Positions 30,001 to 43,289 of a stretch of 64,000 bases of DNA are shown in pieces. Both the position numbers and the translations under genes were made by a program. How positions within the stretch are numbered: position 1 is the stretch's first letter; every line of letters begins with the position of its first letter. The notes under the pieces were generated by a model. It ran no database searches and had not been told where the DNA came from. It worked only from the letters and a program-made list of their open reading frames with translations. This stretch comes from Eledone cirrhosa (taxonomy: Eukaryota), in contig OZ024763.1 of assembly GCA_964016885.1 (NCBI GenBank), forward strand, positions 22,878,001 through 22,942,000, in the 5' to 3' direction.

Positions 30001-33000
30001 GGCCTAATACACTGGGGTAGACTTAATCCACTTTGCCCTTCCACCAAACTACTGGCCTAATACACTGGGGTAGACTTAATCCACTTTGCCCTTCCACCAA
30101 ACTACTGGCCTAATACACTGGGGTAGACTTAATCCACTTTGCCCTTCCACCAAACTACTGTCCTAATACACTGGGGTAGACTTAATCCACTTTCACCTTC
30201 CACCAAACTACTGTCCTAATACACTGGGTTAGACTTAATCCACTTTCCCCTTCCACCAAACTACTGGCCTAATACACTGGGGTAGACTTAATCCACTTTG
30301 CCCTTCCACCAAACTACTGGCCTAATACACTGGGGTAGACTTAATCCACTTTCCCCTTCCACCAAACTACTGGCCTAATACACTGGGGTAGACTTAATCC
30401 ACTTTCACCTTCCACCAAACTACTGTCCTAATACACTGGGTTAGACTTAATCCACTTTCCCCTTCCACCAAACTACTGGCCTAATACACTGGGGTAGACT
30501 TAATCCACTTTGCCCTTCCACCAAACTACTGGCCTAATACACTGGGGTAGACTTAATCCACTTTCCCCTTCCACCAAACTACTGGCCTAATACACTGGGG
30601 TAGACTTAATCCACTTTGCCCTTCCACCAAACTACTGGCCTAATACACTGGGGTAGACTTAATCCACTTTCCCCTTCCACCAAACTACTGGCCTAATACA
30701 CTGGGTTAGACTTAATCCACTTTGCCCTTCCACCAAACTACTGGCCTAATACACTGGGGTAGACTTAATCCACTTTGCCCTTCCACCAAACTACTGGCCT
30801 AATACACTGGGGTAGACTTAATCCACTTTCACCTTCCACCAAACTACTGTCCTAATACACTGGGTTAGACTTAATCCACTTTCCCCTTCCACCAAACTAC
30901 TGGCCTAATACACTGGGGTAGACTTAATCCACTTTGCCCTTCCACCAAACTACTGGCCTAATACACTGGGGTAGACTTAATCCACTTTCCCCTTCCACCA
31001 AACTACTGTCCTAATACACTGGGGTAGACTTAATCCACTTTCACCATCACACCAAACTACTGTCCTAATACACTGGGGTAGACTTAATCCACTTTCCCCT
31101 TCCACCAAACTACTGGCCTAATACACTGGGGTAGACTTAATCCACTTTCCTCCTCCACCAAACTACTGGCCTAATACACTGGGGTAGACTTAATCCACTT
31201 TCCCCTTCCACCAAACTACTGGCCTAATACACTGGGGTAGACTTAATCCACTTTCCCCTTCCACCAAACTACTGGCCTAATACACTGGGGTAGACTTAAT
31301 CCACTTTCCCCTTCCACCAAACTACTGGCCTAATACACTGGGGTAGACTTAATCCACTTTCCCCTTCCACCAAACTACTGGCCTAATACACTGGGGTAGA
31401 CTGAATCCACTTTCCTCTTCCATCAAACTACTGGCCTAATACACTGGGGTAGACTTAATCCACTTTCCCCTTCCACCAAACTACTGGCCTAATACACTGG
31501 GGTAGACTTAATCCACTTTCCTCCTCCACCAAACTACTGGCCTAATACACTGGGGTAGACTTAATCCACTTTCCTCCTCCACCAAACTACTGGCCTAATA
31601 CACTGGGGTAGACTGAATCCACTTTCCCCTTCCACCAAACTACTGGCCTAATACACTGGGGTAGACTTAATCCACTTTCCCCTTCCACCAAACTACTGGC
31701 CTAATACACTGGGGTAGACTTAATCCACTTTCCCCTTCCACCAAACTACTGGCCTAATACACTGGGGTAGACTTAATCCACTTTCCCCTTCCACCAAACT
31801 ACTGGCCTAATACACTGGGGTAGACTTAATCCACTTTCCCCTTCCACCAAACTACTGGCCTAATACACTGGGGTAGACTTAATCCACTTTGCCCTTCCAC
31901 CAAACTACTGGCCTAATACACTGGGGTAGACTTAATCCACTTTCCCCTTCCACCAAACTACTGGCCTAATACACTGGGGTAGACTTAATCCACTTTCCCC
32001 TTCCACCAAACTACTGGCCTAATACACTGGGGTAGACTTAATCCACTTTCCCCTTCCACCAAACTACTGGCCTAATACACTGGGGTAGACTTAATCCACT
32101 TTCCCCTTCCACCAAACTACTGGCCTAATACACTGGGGTAGACTTAATCCACTTTGCCCTTCCACCAAACTACTGGCCTAATACACTGGGGTAGACTTAA
32201 TCCACTTTGCCCTTCCACCAAACTACTGGCCTAATACACTGGGGTAGACTTAATCCACTTTCCTCATCCACCAAACTACTGGCCTAATACACTGGGGTAG
32301 ACTTAATCCACTTTCCCCTTCCACCAAACTACTGGCCTAATACTTGGGGTAGACTTAATCCACTTTCCCCTTCCACCAAACTACTGGCCTAATACACTGG
32401 GGTAGACTTAATCCACTTTCCTCCTTCCACCAAACTACTGGCCTAATACACTGGGGTAGACTTAATCCACTTTGCCCTTCCACCAAACTACTGGCCTAAT
32501 ACACTGGGGTAGACTTAATCCACTTTGCCCTTCCACCAAACTACTGGCCTAATACACTGGGGTAGACTTAATCCACTTTGCCCTTCCACCAAACTACTGG
32601 CCTAATACACTGGGGTAGACTTAATCCACTTTCCCCTTCCACCAAACTACTGGCCTAATACACTGGGGTAGACTTAATCCACTTTCCCCTTCCACCAAAC
32701 TACTGGCCTAATACACTGGGGTAGACTTAATCCACTTTCCTCCTCCACCAAACTACTGGCCTAATACACTGGGGTAGACTTAATCCACTTTGCCCTTCCA
32801 CCAAACTACTGGCCTAATACACTGGGTAGACTTAATCCACTTCCTCCTCCACCAAACTACTGGCCTAATACACTGGGTAGACTTAATCCACTTTGCCCTT
32901 CCACCAAACTACTGGCCTAATACACTGGGGTAGACTTAATCCACTTTCCTCCTCCACCAAACTACTGGCCTAATACACTGGGGTAGACTTAATCCACTTT

Positions 33001-36000
33001 GCCCTTCCACCAAACTACTGGCCTAATACACTGGGGTAGACTTAATCCACTTTCCTCCTCCACCAAACTACTGGCCTAATACACTGGGGTAGACTTAATC
33101 CACTTTGCCCTTCCACCAAACTACTGGCCTAATACACTGGGTAGACTTAATCCACTTTCCTCCTCCACCAAACTACTGGCCTAATACACTGGGGTAGACT
33201 TAATCCACTTTCCCCTTCCACCAAACTACTGGCCTAATACACTGGGGTAGACTTAATCCACTTTCCTCCTCCACCAAACTACTGGCCTAATACACTGGGG
33301 TAGACTTAATCCACTTTGCCCTTCCACCAAACTACTGGCCTAATACACTGGGGTAGACTTAATCCACTTTGCCCTTCCACCAAACTACTGGCCTAATACA
33401 CTGGGGTAGACTTAATCCACTTTCCCCTTCCACCAAACTACTGGCCTAATACACTGGGGTAGACTTAATCCACTTTCCCCTTCCACCAAACTACTGGCCT
33501 AATACACTGGGGTAGACTTAATCCACTTTCCCTTCCACCAAACTACTGGCCTAATACACTGGGGTAGACTTAATCCACTTTCCCCTTCCACCAAACTACT
33601 GGCCTAATACACTGGGGTAGACTTAATCCACTTTCCTCCTTCCACCAAACTACTGGCCTAATACACTGGGGTAGACTTAATCCACTTTCCCCTTCCACCA
33701 AACTACTGGCTAATACACTGGGGTAGACTTAATCCACTTTCCCCTTCCACCAAACTACTGCCTAATACACTGGGGTAGACTTAATCCACTTTCCCCTTCC
33801 ACCAAACTACTGGCCTAATACACTGGGGTAGACTTAATCCACTTTCCTCCTCCACCAAACTACTGGCCTAATACACTGGGGTAGACTTAATCCACTTTCC
33901 CCTTCCACCAAACTACTGGCCTAATACACTGGGGTAGACTTAATCCACTTTCCTCCTCCACCAAACTACTGGCCTAATACACTGGGGTAGACTTAATCCA
34001 CTTTCCCCTTCCACCAAACTACTGGCCTAATACACTGGGGTAGACTTAATCCACTTTCCTCCTCCACCAAACTACTGGCCTAATACACTGGGGTAGACTT
34101 AATCCACTTTCCCCTTCCACCAAACTACTGGCCTAATACACTGGGGTAGACTTAATCCACTTTCCTCCTCCACCAAACTACTGGCCTAATACACTGGGGT
34201 AGACTTAATCCACTTTCCCCTTCCACCAAACTACTGGGCCTAATACACTGGGGTAGACTTAATCCACTTTCCCCTTCCACCAAACTACTGGCCTAATACA
34301 CTGGGGTAGACTTAATCCACTTTCCCCTTCCACCAAACTACTGGCCTAATACACTGGGGTAGACTTAATCCACTTTCCCCTTCCACCAAACTACTGGCCT
34401 AATACACTGGGGTAGACTTAATCCACTTTCCTCCTTCCACCAAACTACTGGCCTAATACACTGGGGGTAGACTTAATCCACTTTCCCCTTCCACCAAACT
34501 ACTGGCCTAATACACTGGGGTAGACTTAATCCACTTTCCTCCTCCACCAAACTACTGGCCTAATACACTGGGGTAGACTTAATCCACTTTCCTCCTCCAC
34601 CAAACTACTGGCCTAATACACTGGGGTAGACTTAATCCACTTTCCCCTTCCACCAAACTACTGGCCTAATACACTGGGGTAGACTTAATCCACTTTCCCC
34701 TTCCACCAAACTACTGGCCTAATACACTGGGGTAGACTTAATCCACTTTCCCCTTCCACCAAACTACTGGCCTAATACACTGGGGTAGACTTAATCCACT
34801 TTCCCCTTCCACCAAACTACTGGCCTAATACACTGGGGTAGACTTAATCCACTTTCCCCTTCCACCAAACTACTGGCCTAATACACTGGGGTAGACTTAA
34901 TCCACTTTGCCCTTCCACCAAACTACTGGCCTAATACACTGGGGTAGACTTAATCCACTTTCCCCTTCCACCAAACTACTGGCCTAATACTCTGGGGTAG
35001 ACTTAATCCACTTTCCCCTTCCACCAAACTACTGGCCTAATACACTGGGGTAGACTTAATCCACTTTCCTCCTCCACCAAACTACTGGCCTAATACACTG
35101 GGGTAGACTTAATCCACTTTGCCCTTCCACCAAACTACTGGCCTAATACACTGGGGTAGACTTAATCCACTTTGCCCTTCCACCAAACTACTGGCCTAAT
35201 ACACTGGGGTAGACTTAATCCACTTTGCCCTTCCACCAAACTACTGGCCTAATACACTGGGGTAGACTTAATCCACTTTCCCCTTCCACCAAACTACTGT
35301 CCTAATACACTGGGGTAGACTTAATCCACTTTGCCCTTCCACCAAACTACTGGCCTAATACACTGGGGTAGACTTAATCCACTTTCCTCCTCCACCAAAC
35401 TACTGGCCTAATACACTGGGGTAGACTTAATCCACTTTGCCCTTCCACCAAACTACTGGCCTAATACACTGGGGTAGACTTAATCCACTTTGCCCTTCCA
35501 CCAAACTACTGGCCTAATACACTGGGGTAGACTTAATCCACTTTCCCCTTCCACCAAACTACTGGCCTAATACACTGGGGTAGACTTAATCCACTTTGCC
35601 CTTCCACCAAACTACTGGCCTAATACACTGGGGTAGACTTAATCCACTTTCCCCTTCCACCAAACTACTGGTCTAATACACTGGGGTAGACTTAATCCAC
35701 TTTCCTCTTCCACCAAACTACTGGCCTAATACACTGGGGTAGACTTAATCCACTTTCCTCATCCACCAAACTACTGGCCTAATACACTGGGGTAGACTTA
35801 ATCCACTTTCCCCTTCCACCAAACTACTGGGCTAATACACTGGGGTAGACGTAATCCACTTTCCCCTTCCACCAAACTACTGGCCTAATACACTGGGGTA
35901 GACTTAATCCACTTTCCCCTTCCACCAAACTACTGGCCTAATACACTGGGGTAGACTTAATCCACTTTCCTCCTCCACCAAACTACTGGCCTAATACACT

Positions 36001-39000
36001 GGGGTAGACTTAATCCACTTTCCCCTTCCACCAAACTACTGGCCTAATACACTGGGGTAGACTTAATCCACTTTCCTCCTCCACCAAACTACTGGCCTAA
36101 TACACTGGGGTAGACTTAATCCACTTTCCCCTTCCACCAAACTACTGGCCTAATACACTGGGGTAGACTTAATCCACTTTCCTCCTCCACCAAACTACTG
36201 GCCTAATACACTGGGGTAGACTTAATCCACTTTCCCCTTCCACCAAACTACTGGCCTAATACACTGGGGTAGACTTAATCCACTTTCCTCCTCCACCAAA
36301 CTACTGGCCTAATACACTGGGGTAGACTTAATCCACTTTCCCCTTCCACCAAACTACTGGCCTAATACACTGGGGTAGACTTAATCCACTTTCCTCTTCC
36401 ACCAAACTACTGGCCTAATACACTGGGGTAGACTTAATCCACTTTCCCCTTCCACCAAACTACTGGCCTAATACACTGGGGTAGACTTAATCCACTTTCC
36501 CTTCCACCAAACTACTGGCCTAATACACTGGGGTAGACTTAATCCACTTTCACCTTACACCAACCTACTGGCCTAATACACTGGGGTAGACTTAATCCAC
36601 TTTCCCCTTCCACCAAACTACTGGCCTAATACACTGGGGTAGACTTAATCCACTTTCCCCTTCCATCAAACTACTGGGCTAATACACTGGGGTAGACTTA
36701 ATCCACTTTCCCCTTCCACCAAACTACTGGCCTAATACACTGGGGTAGACTTAATCCACTTTCCCTTCCACCAAACTACTGGCCTAATACACTGGGGTAG
36801 ACTTAATCCACTTTCCCCTTCCACCAAACTACTGGCCTAATACACTGGGGTAGACTTAATCCACTTTCCCCTTCCACCAAACTACTGGCCTAATACACTG
36901 GGGTAGACTTAATCCACTTTCCTCTATCATCAAACTACTGGCCTAATACACTGGGGTAGACTTAATCCACTTTCCCCTTCCACCAAACTACTGGCCTAAT
37001 ACACTGGGGTAGACTTAATCCACTTTCCCCTTCCATCAAACTACTGGCCTAATACACTGGGGTAGACTTAATCCACTTTCCCCTTCCACCAAACTACTGG
37101 CCTAATACACTGGGGTAGACTTAATCCACTTTCCCCTTCCACCAAACTACTGGCCTAATACACTGGGGTAGACTTAATCCACTTTCCTCTATCATCAAAC
37201 TACTGGCCTAATACACTGGGGTAGACTTAATCCACTTTCCCCTTCCACCAAACTACTGGCCTAATACACTGGGGTAGACTTAATCCACTTTCCCCTTCCA
37301 TCAAACTACTGGCCTAATACACTGGGGTAGACTTAATCCACTTTCCCCTTCCACCAAACTACTGGCCTAATACACTGGGGTAGACTTAATCCACTTTCCC
37401 CTTCCACCAAACTACTGGCCTAATACACTGGGGTAGACTTAATCCACTTTCCCCTTCCATCAAACTACTGGGCTAATACACTGGGGTAGACTTAATCCAC
37501 TTTCCCCTTCCACCAAACTACTGGCCTAATACACTGGGGTAGACTTAATCCACTTTCCCCTTCCACCAAACTACTGGCCTAATACACTGGGGTAGACTTA
37601 ATCCACTTTCCCCTTCCACCAAACTACTGGCCTAATACACTGGGGTAGACTTAATCCACTTTCCCCTTCCACCAAACTACTGGTCTAATACACTGGGGTA
37701 GACTTAATCCACTTTCCCCTTCCATCAAACTACTGGCCTAATACACTGGGGTAGACTTAATCCACTTTTCCCCTTCCACCAAACTACTGGCCTAATACAC
37801 TGGGGTAGACTTAATCCACTTTCCCCTTCCACCAAACTACTGGCCTAATACACTGGGGTAGACTTAATCCACTTTCCCCTTCCACCAAACTACTGGCCTA
37901 ATACACTGGGGTAGACTTAATCCACTTTCCCCTTCCACCAAACTACTGGTCTAATACACTGGGGTAGACTTAATCCACTTTCCCCTTCCATCAAACTACT
38001 GGCCTAATACACTGGGGTAGACTTAATCCACTTTCCCCTTCCACCAAACTACTGGCCTAATACACTGGGGTAGACTTAATCCACTTTCCCCTTCCACCAA
38101 ACTACTGGCCTAATACACTGGGGTAGACTTAATCCACTTTCCCCTTCCACCAAACTACTGGCCTAATACACTGGGGTAGACTTAATCCACTTTCCCCTTC
38201 CACCAAACTACTGGTCTAATACACTGGGGTAGACTTAATCCACTTTCCCCTTCCATCAAAACTACTGGGCTAATACACTGGGGTAGACTTAATCCACTTT
38301 CCCCTTCCACCAAACTACTGGCCTAATACACTGGGGTAGACTTAATCCACTTTCCCCTTCCACCAAACTACTGGCCTAATACACTGGGGTAGACTTAATC
38401 CACTTTCCCCTTCCACCAAACTACTGGCCTAATACACTGGGGTAGACTTAATCCACTTTCCCCTTCCACCAAACTACTGGCCTAATACACTGGGGTAGAC
38501 TTAATCCACTTTCCCCTTCCACCAAACTACTGGCCTAATACACTGGGGTAGACTTAATCCACTTTCCCCTTCCACCAAACTACTGGTCTAATACACTGGG
38601 GTAGACTTAATCCACTTTCCCCTTCCACCAAACTACTGGCCTAATACACTGGGGTAGACTTAATCCACTTTCCCCTTCCACCAAACTACTGGCCTAATAC
38701 ACTGGGGTAGACTTAATCCACTTTCCCCTCCACCAAACTACTGGCCTAATACACTGGGGTAGACTTAATCCACTTTCCCCTTCCACCAAACTACTGGCCT
38801 AATACACTGGGGTAGACTTAATCCACTTTCCCCTTCCACCAAACTACTGGCCTAATACACTGGGGTAGACTTAATCCACTTTCCCCTTCCACCAAACTAC
38901 TGGCCTAATACACTGGGGTAGACTTAATCCACTTTCCCCTTCCACCAAACTACTGGCCTAATACACTGGGGTAGACTTAATCCACTTTCCCCTTCCACCA

Positions 39001-39271
39001 AACTACTGGCCTAATACACTGGGGTAGACTTAATCCACTTTCCCCTTCCACCAAACTACTGGCCTAATACACTGGGGTAGACTTAATCCACTTTCCCCTT
39101 CCACCAAACTACTGGCCTAATACACTGGGGTAGACTTAATCCACTTTCCCCTTCCACCAAACTACTGGCCTAATACACTGGGGTAGACTTAATCCACTTC
39201 CACCTTCCACCAAACTACTGGCCTAATACACTGGGGTAGACTTAATCCACTTTCACCTTACACCAAACTAC
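1..39271. repeat. 53-bp tandem satellite, ~740 copies; open at the window start and ending at an assembly gap
   Basis: Consensus TACTGGCCTAATACACTGGGGTAGACTTAATCCACTTTCCCCTTCCACCAAAC repeats head-to-tail throughout (39271/53 is about 741). Most variants fall in the TTTCCCCTTCCACC tract. Confidence 0.99.
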
Positions 39272-39471
39272 NNNNNNNNNNNNNNNNNNNNNNNNNNNNN
39301 NNNNNNNNNNNNNNNNNNNNNNNNNNNNNNNNNNNNNNNNNNNNNNNNNNNNNNNNNNNNNNNNNNNNNNNNNNNNNNNNNNNNNNNNNNNNNNNNNNNN
39401 NNNNNNNNNNNNNNNNNNNNNNNNNNNNNNNNNNNNNNNNNNNNNNNNNNNNNNNNNNNNNNNNNNNNNNN
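39272..39471. other. Assembly gap (200 N)
   Basis: Exactly 200 N, typical of a fixed-size scaffolding placeholder; true size unknown. Confidence 0.99.
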
Positions 39472-40097
39472 TATAGAGTCTATATTACTACTATTGTCTT
39501 TACTCTACAAGATTATCTATCAAGCAGAAATAGAGAGCAGATTTCAATACATTAATAAAAAAATATATATATATATCAGAAACAAAACCAAAAAACAACA
39601 ATAATAATAATAATAATAAATAATAATAAAATAGAAAACTAAAAAATATTACGAAAGAATATTACATATTAAAAATATTACATATTAAAAATAAAAATAT
39701 TAGAAAATACTACAATAATAAAAATAAACCACAAAGATCAACCCTTCAAAATTAATTGACAATATATTGCCAAGTTCATTATAAGCATCAGAGTCGAAAA
39801 ACAAATAAAGCTAAAAATTATTTATCAAATCGCATCTAGTAAAAATCACATCTAGTAAAAATCATTTCAAAAAGTTTAGGATGCCCATTTGGTCTACATG
39901 TGTTCTTATATTTAATATAGAAGTTTATCTAGTGTAACGTTTATTCGAAATATTTGGAGCATCAACTTTTAGGGTAGCTTAATTTTTCATGAAGAATGTT
40001 TAAATAAAAATAAAAATAAAAATAAAAAGAATAAAAAGAAGAAATCGAAAGATTTATCGGCTAGTTTCCCATATAATTATAAATCAAACTAAATATA

Positions 40098-41569
40098 CTA
40101 CATTTTAAATTTAAATTTATATTTAAAGGTTGAGTTTAATCTATGTTTGCAGCAACTGAATAAATTTGTCCGTAGATTAAGGGAATTTTAGTTTAGCGAT
40201 GTGGGTTTTAATGTTTAGTGAGACGGGGGGGGGGGGGGGCAAACCAAATTATGTTCCTAGTTCTATTTCTTTTTTGGCCTTTGGAATTATTGTAATGCTT
40301 TCTATTATAGTTGTTAAGGTTGTTGCCGTAATTAAAATAGTTGTTATTTTGTTTAGTTTGTCTATCATTATCTATGTACATAATCTTATCAGTATATCCT
40401 GCTCTAGCTAATGCTTCATTGTAGTATTGGGCTTTTTCGTCGAAAATCTTTCTATTCGACGAGATCCTAGAGATACGTTTTTGAACAGAGTTTACTATAG
40501 TGTTTTTGACAGATCTGGGGTGGTTAGAGTTAAAGTTGACATAGTTTAAGTTTTCATTCAACTTGTGAAAAGGATAGTGAAGACATGTGTTGAGATTTAA
40601 TGTTGTATCTAGGAAATTGACTATTCTATGGTTGTTCTCAATTTCTATTTTAAGATTAAAGTAATTAAAAAATTGTGTAATTTGTTTACATTTTCTATTT
40701 AGTTCAGAGTTATTATTATCAATAAGTAAAAGCATGTCATCTCTATATAAACCTCCGGTAGTACCAGGTATTTTCCTATGTAGCGAATTGATTAAAAATA
40801 AGCCCACAAGGTCAGTTACCTGAGCTGAGTCGGATGATCCCATAGTAATGTCAAAATTGCTATCTCTATCTGCTCTGGTCCATAGTTGGTCATTAAATTC
40901 TATCAAAGTTTTCCTAGCCGATAATATAATATGCATTTCATTGCTAGTTAGGTCAGTATGTTTGAATGCGTAATTTAGTGCCTTATTTAGTAGATTAGGG
41001 GTAATAGAAGAATAATAGTTAGCAATATCAAGTTGAATAAACTTATTATTATTGTTATATTTAATTTGCTTAAACCACTCAACAACCTCTCCAGTTCCCT
41101 TCCACAAGCTCAGGTTAGATAAACAATCCAAGTTCTTAATTTGCTGTATCACCCTGTCAAGAATGTTTTTGCTTAATTTGCCCAGGTCCGATTTTGATGG
41201 TGTGATCAATCTAACTGGCAAGTCATTTTCAAAATTCCTCTTGTGATCTTTCATATTGATCTTCGGTTTCCTGGGCACGAAAGGTTGTGTTCTGTTCTCA
41301 ATTTCCAACTCGTGCATTATACAAGATGCTTCGACATTCATTTTCTCAAGCTCGGCCTTATCTGCTACCTTGTACTTTTTCCTCAGTTCCTTCAGTATGA
41401 GGCCATTATACATGTCTTTCTGCACTCCATAGAGGTTGTTGGTCTTGTCAGATTTCACCAAGATCTTCTCAGTTTTCTCTAAGCTCTCAATATTATCCTT
41501 AATGCCTTTCAGATATTCCTGGCCTTTGAAGTTTCTCTTGAATTTGACCCCTTGTATGATAGAATACAA
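40098..41569 (-). mobile_element. Penelope-like retroelement (probably Naiad-type): 5'-truncated RT ORF with internally deleted GIY-YIG endonuclease
   Basis: The 453-aa ORF 40208-41569 has PLE RT motifs: VRLITPSKSDLGK, FIQLDIANYYSSI, FDITMGSSDSAQVTDLVGL, LYRDD, VNFLDTTLNL, SNHP, RNIIWFAPP. A 15-G run (40225-40239) shifts the frame, which resumes as SLNIKTHIAK. Then 40098-40187 encodes NSLNLRTNLFSCCKHRLNSTF...stop, resembling a PLE endonuclease C-terminus. Clade assignment is from memory of motif style. Confidence 0.9.
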
Positions 41570-41927
41570 GATGAACTGTACCTGTAATACAAAGGGTCAA
41601 CCATGCCACACAGTATATCACTGAATCTCCCTGAGAACCACATTAAAGGTACACATATCTGTGGAATACTCAGCCACTTTTACTATAATACAAGATGAAC
41701 TGTACCTGTAATACAAAGGGTCAACCATGTCATACAGTATATCACTGAATCTCCCTGAGAACCACATTAAAGGTACATATATCTGTGGAATACTCAGCCA
41801 CTTTCACTATAATACAAGATGAACTGTACCTGTAATACAAACGGTCAACCATGTCACACAGTATATCACTGAATCTCCCTGAGAACCACAATAAAGGTAC
41901 ATATATCTGTGGAATACTCAGCCACTT
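41563..41927. repeat. Tandem triplication of a 124-bp SINE-body fragment
   Basis: Units start at 41563, 41687 and 41811 (AATACAAGATGAACTGTACCTGTAATACAAAGGGTCAACC...GAATCTCCCTGAGAACCAC...CTCAGCCACTT). They resemble the central body of a common octopus SINE (from recall). Confidence 0.85.
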
Positions 41928-42067
41928 CTTCACAGGGATCATATGTAATGAATTCATCAGTGAAGATATTTATAGACTAATTAACTCTTTCTGTTAATTG
42001 CGATATTGTTAAATGAACCTGGTATTCACATCAAACCCTACACTTTCCCTGCTGCACCACACATATA

Positions 42068-42144
42068 CAGGTTGTCCCACAAAATTGTATACACATATAT
42101 TAGAATGTTGTTGAAGTATGTATACATTTTTGGGGGACATCCTG
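42068..42144. mobile_element. 77-bp Tc1/mariner-type MITE
   Basis: Imperfect terminal inverted repeats CAGGTTGTCCCACAAAATTGTATACA / TGTATACATTTTTGGGGGACATCCTG, flanked on both sides by TA. Confidence 0.75.
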
Positions 42145-43045
42145 TATATATATATATATGTGTGTCTGTGTTGTATACATATATATAAATACACATACAT
42201 ATATGTATGTGGTTATATCTGCGTGTATTAGTGGATATATATACACATATATATATACACGCATATATATTTATATATATGTATATATATATATATACGT
42301 ACACATATATACGCATATATAAATACACACACACTTATATACATATACGTATATATATATTTATATATATATATATCTACACACACACACACATGTATAT
42401 ATATATCTATCTGTATATACATACACATACATACATATATATATATTTGTAGTTTAGTCTTTGATTATAATATTCTCTGTTTCTGATTAATTAAACAATT
42501 CTAACAATCTTGTTAACGTTAGGGGAGGGAGATGAGAGAGGGGGGGAGAAAGAGAGAGAGGAGGAGATAGAGAGAGGAAAAGGAAAGAAACAGAAGGAAG
42601 GAAAAATAAAAATAAACAGAAAAAAGAACTAAAAAAAAATAATATATTAAGAAAACCAGGAAAAAATTGAGGAAAAAGTCAAAAACTTGTGTGGTTTTGT
42701 TTTTGTGTTGATAGAAAAAAAAATATATATATATACACACACACACATATATATATATATACACACAGACACATATATATATACACACACACACACATAT
42801 ATATATATACACACACATATGTATGCACACACACACATATATATATGCACACACACACATATATATATGTATGTATAAATATATATATGTTTATACATGT
42901 GTATATATATATATGTATATACATGTGTCTATATATATGTTTATATATACATGTGTGTATATATATATATGTTTATACATATATGTGTATATATATATGT
43001 GTGTGTATATATATATATATAATGTGTGTGCATATATATTATATT
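42145..43045. repeat. (TA)n/(CA)n compound microsatellites with a purine-rich spacer
   Basis: Alternating TA/CA/TG runs at ~42145-42450 and ~42720-43045. Confidence 0.95.
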
Positions 43046-43204
43046 AGATGTCATATGGTGTATTAGCTAGAATCCCCTCAAGGGACCTTACAGTTAGTTT
43101 GTAAGCCCTATGGCTAGTACAATCGATCTGTGATAGTGTATGATAGGGTTATTGATTTCTAAGTTGTCTCATGACTGTCACTATGTAACAAAACACCATC
43201 AAGG

Positions 43205-43275
43205 TGGCTGCTGGCTCTGTGGTTAGGGTGTTCTGACACACAACTGTAAGGTCGCGAGTTCGATTCCTGGCATGG
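43205..43275 (+). mobile_element. tRNA-derived SINE head
   Basis: A-box-like TGGCTCTGTGGTT (43212-43224) and B-box GAGTTCGATTCC (43256-43267). Confidence 0.7.
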
Positions 43276-43289
43276 GTTAGTCTGTGTGA

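Noticed and set aside
1-39271. CRISPR-like array or coding repeat
   Set aside because: No unique spacers, only point variants of one monomer; eukaryotic context with no cas genes; 53 is not a multiple of 3 and no ORFs are listed.
40050-40095. Hammerhead in the PLE 3' region (minus-strand GAAACTAGCC GATAAA)
   Set aside because: No CTGANGA box and no U at the cleavage triplet; at best a remnant.
41928-41968. Hammerhead at minus-strand CTGATGA (41954-41960) upstream of the RT
   Set aside because: Followed by GAAG rather than GAAA, with no convincing stem III or cleavage site.
42006-43066. YI/HT/CV-rich ORFs (also 55467-55939)
   Set aside because: Dinucleotide microsatellite translations.
43205-43275. 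Functional tRNA genes at the SINE heads (also 51410-51480, 52470-52531)
   Set aside because: A/B boxes are present, but no full cloverleaf could be built and they continue into repeat bodies.
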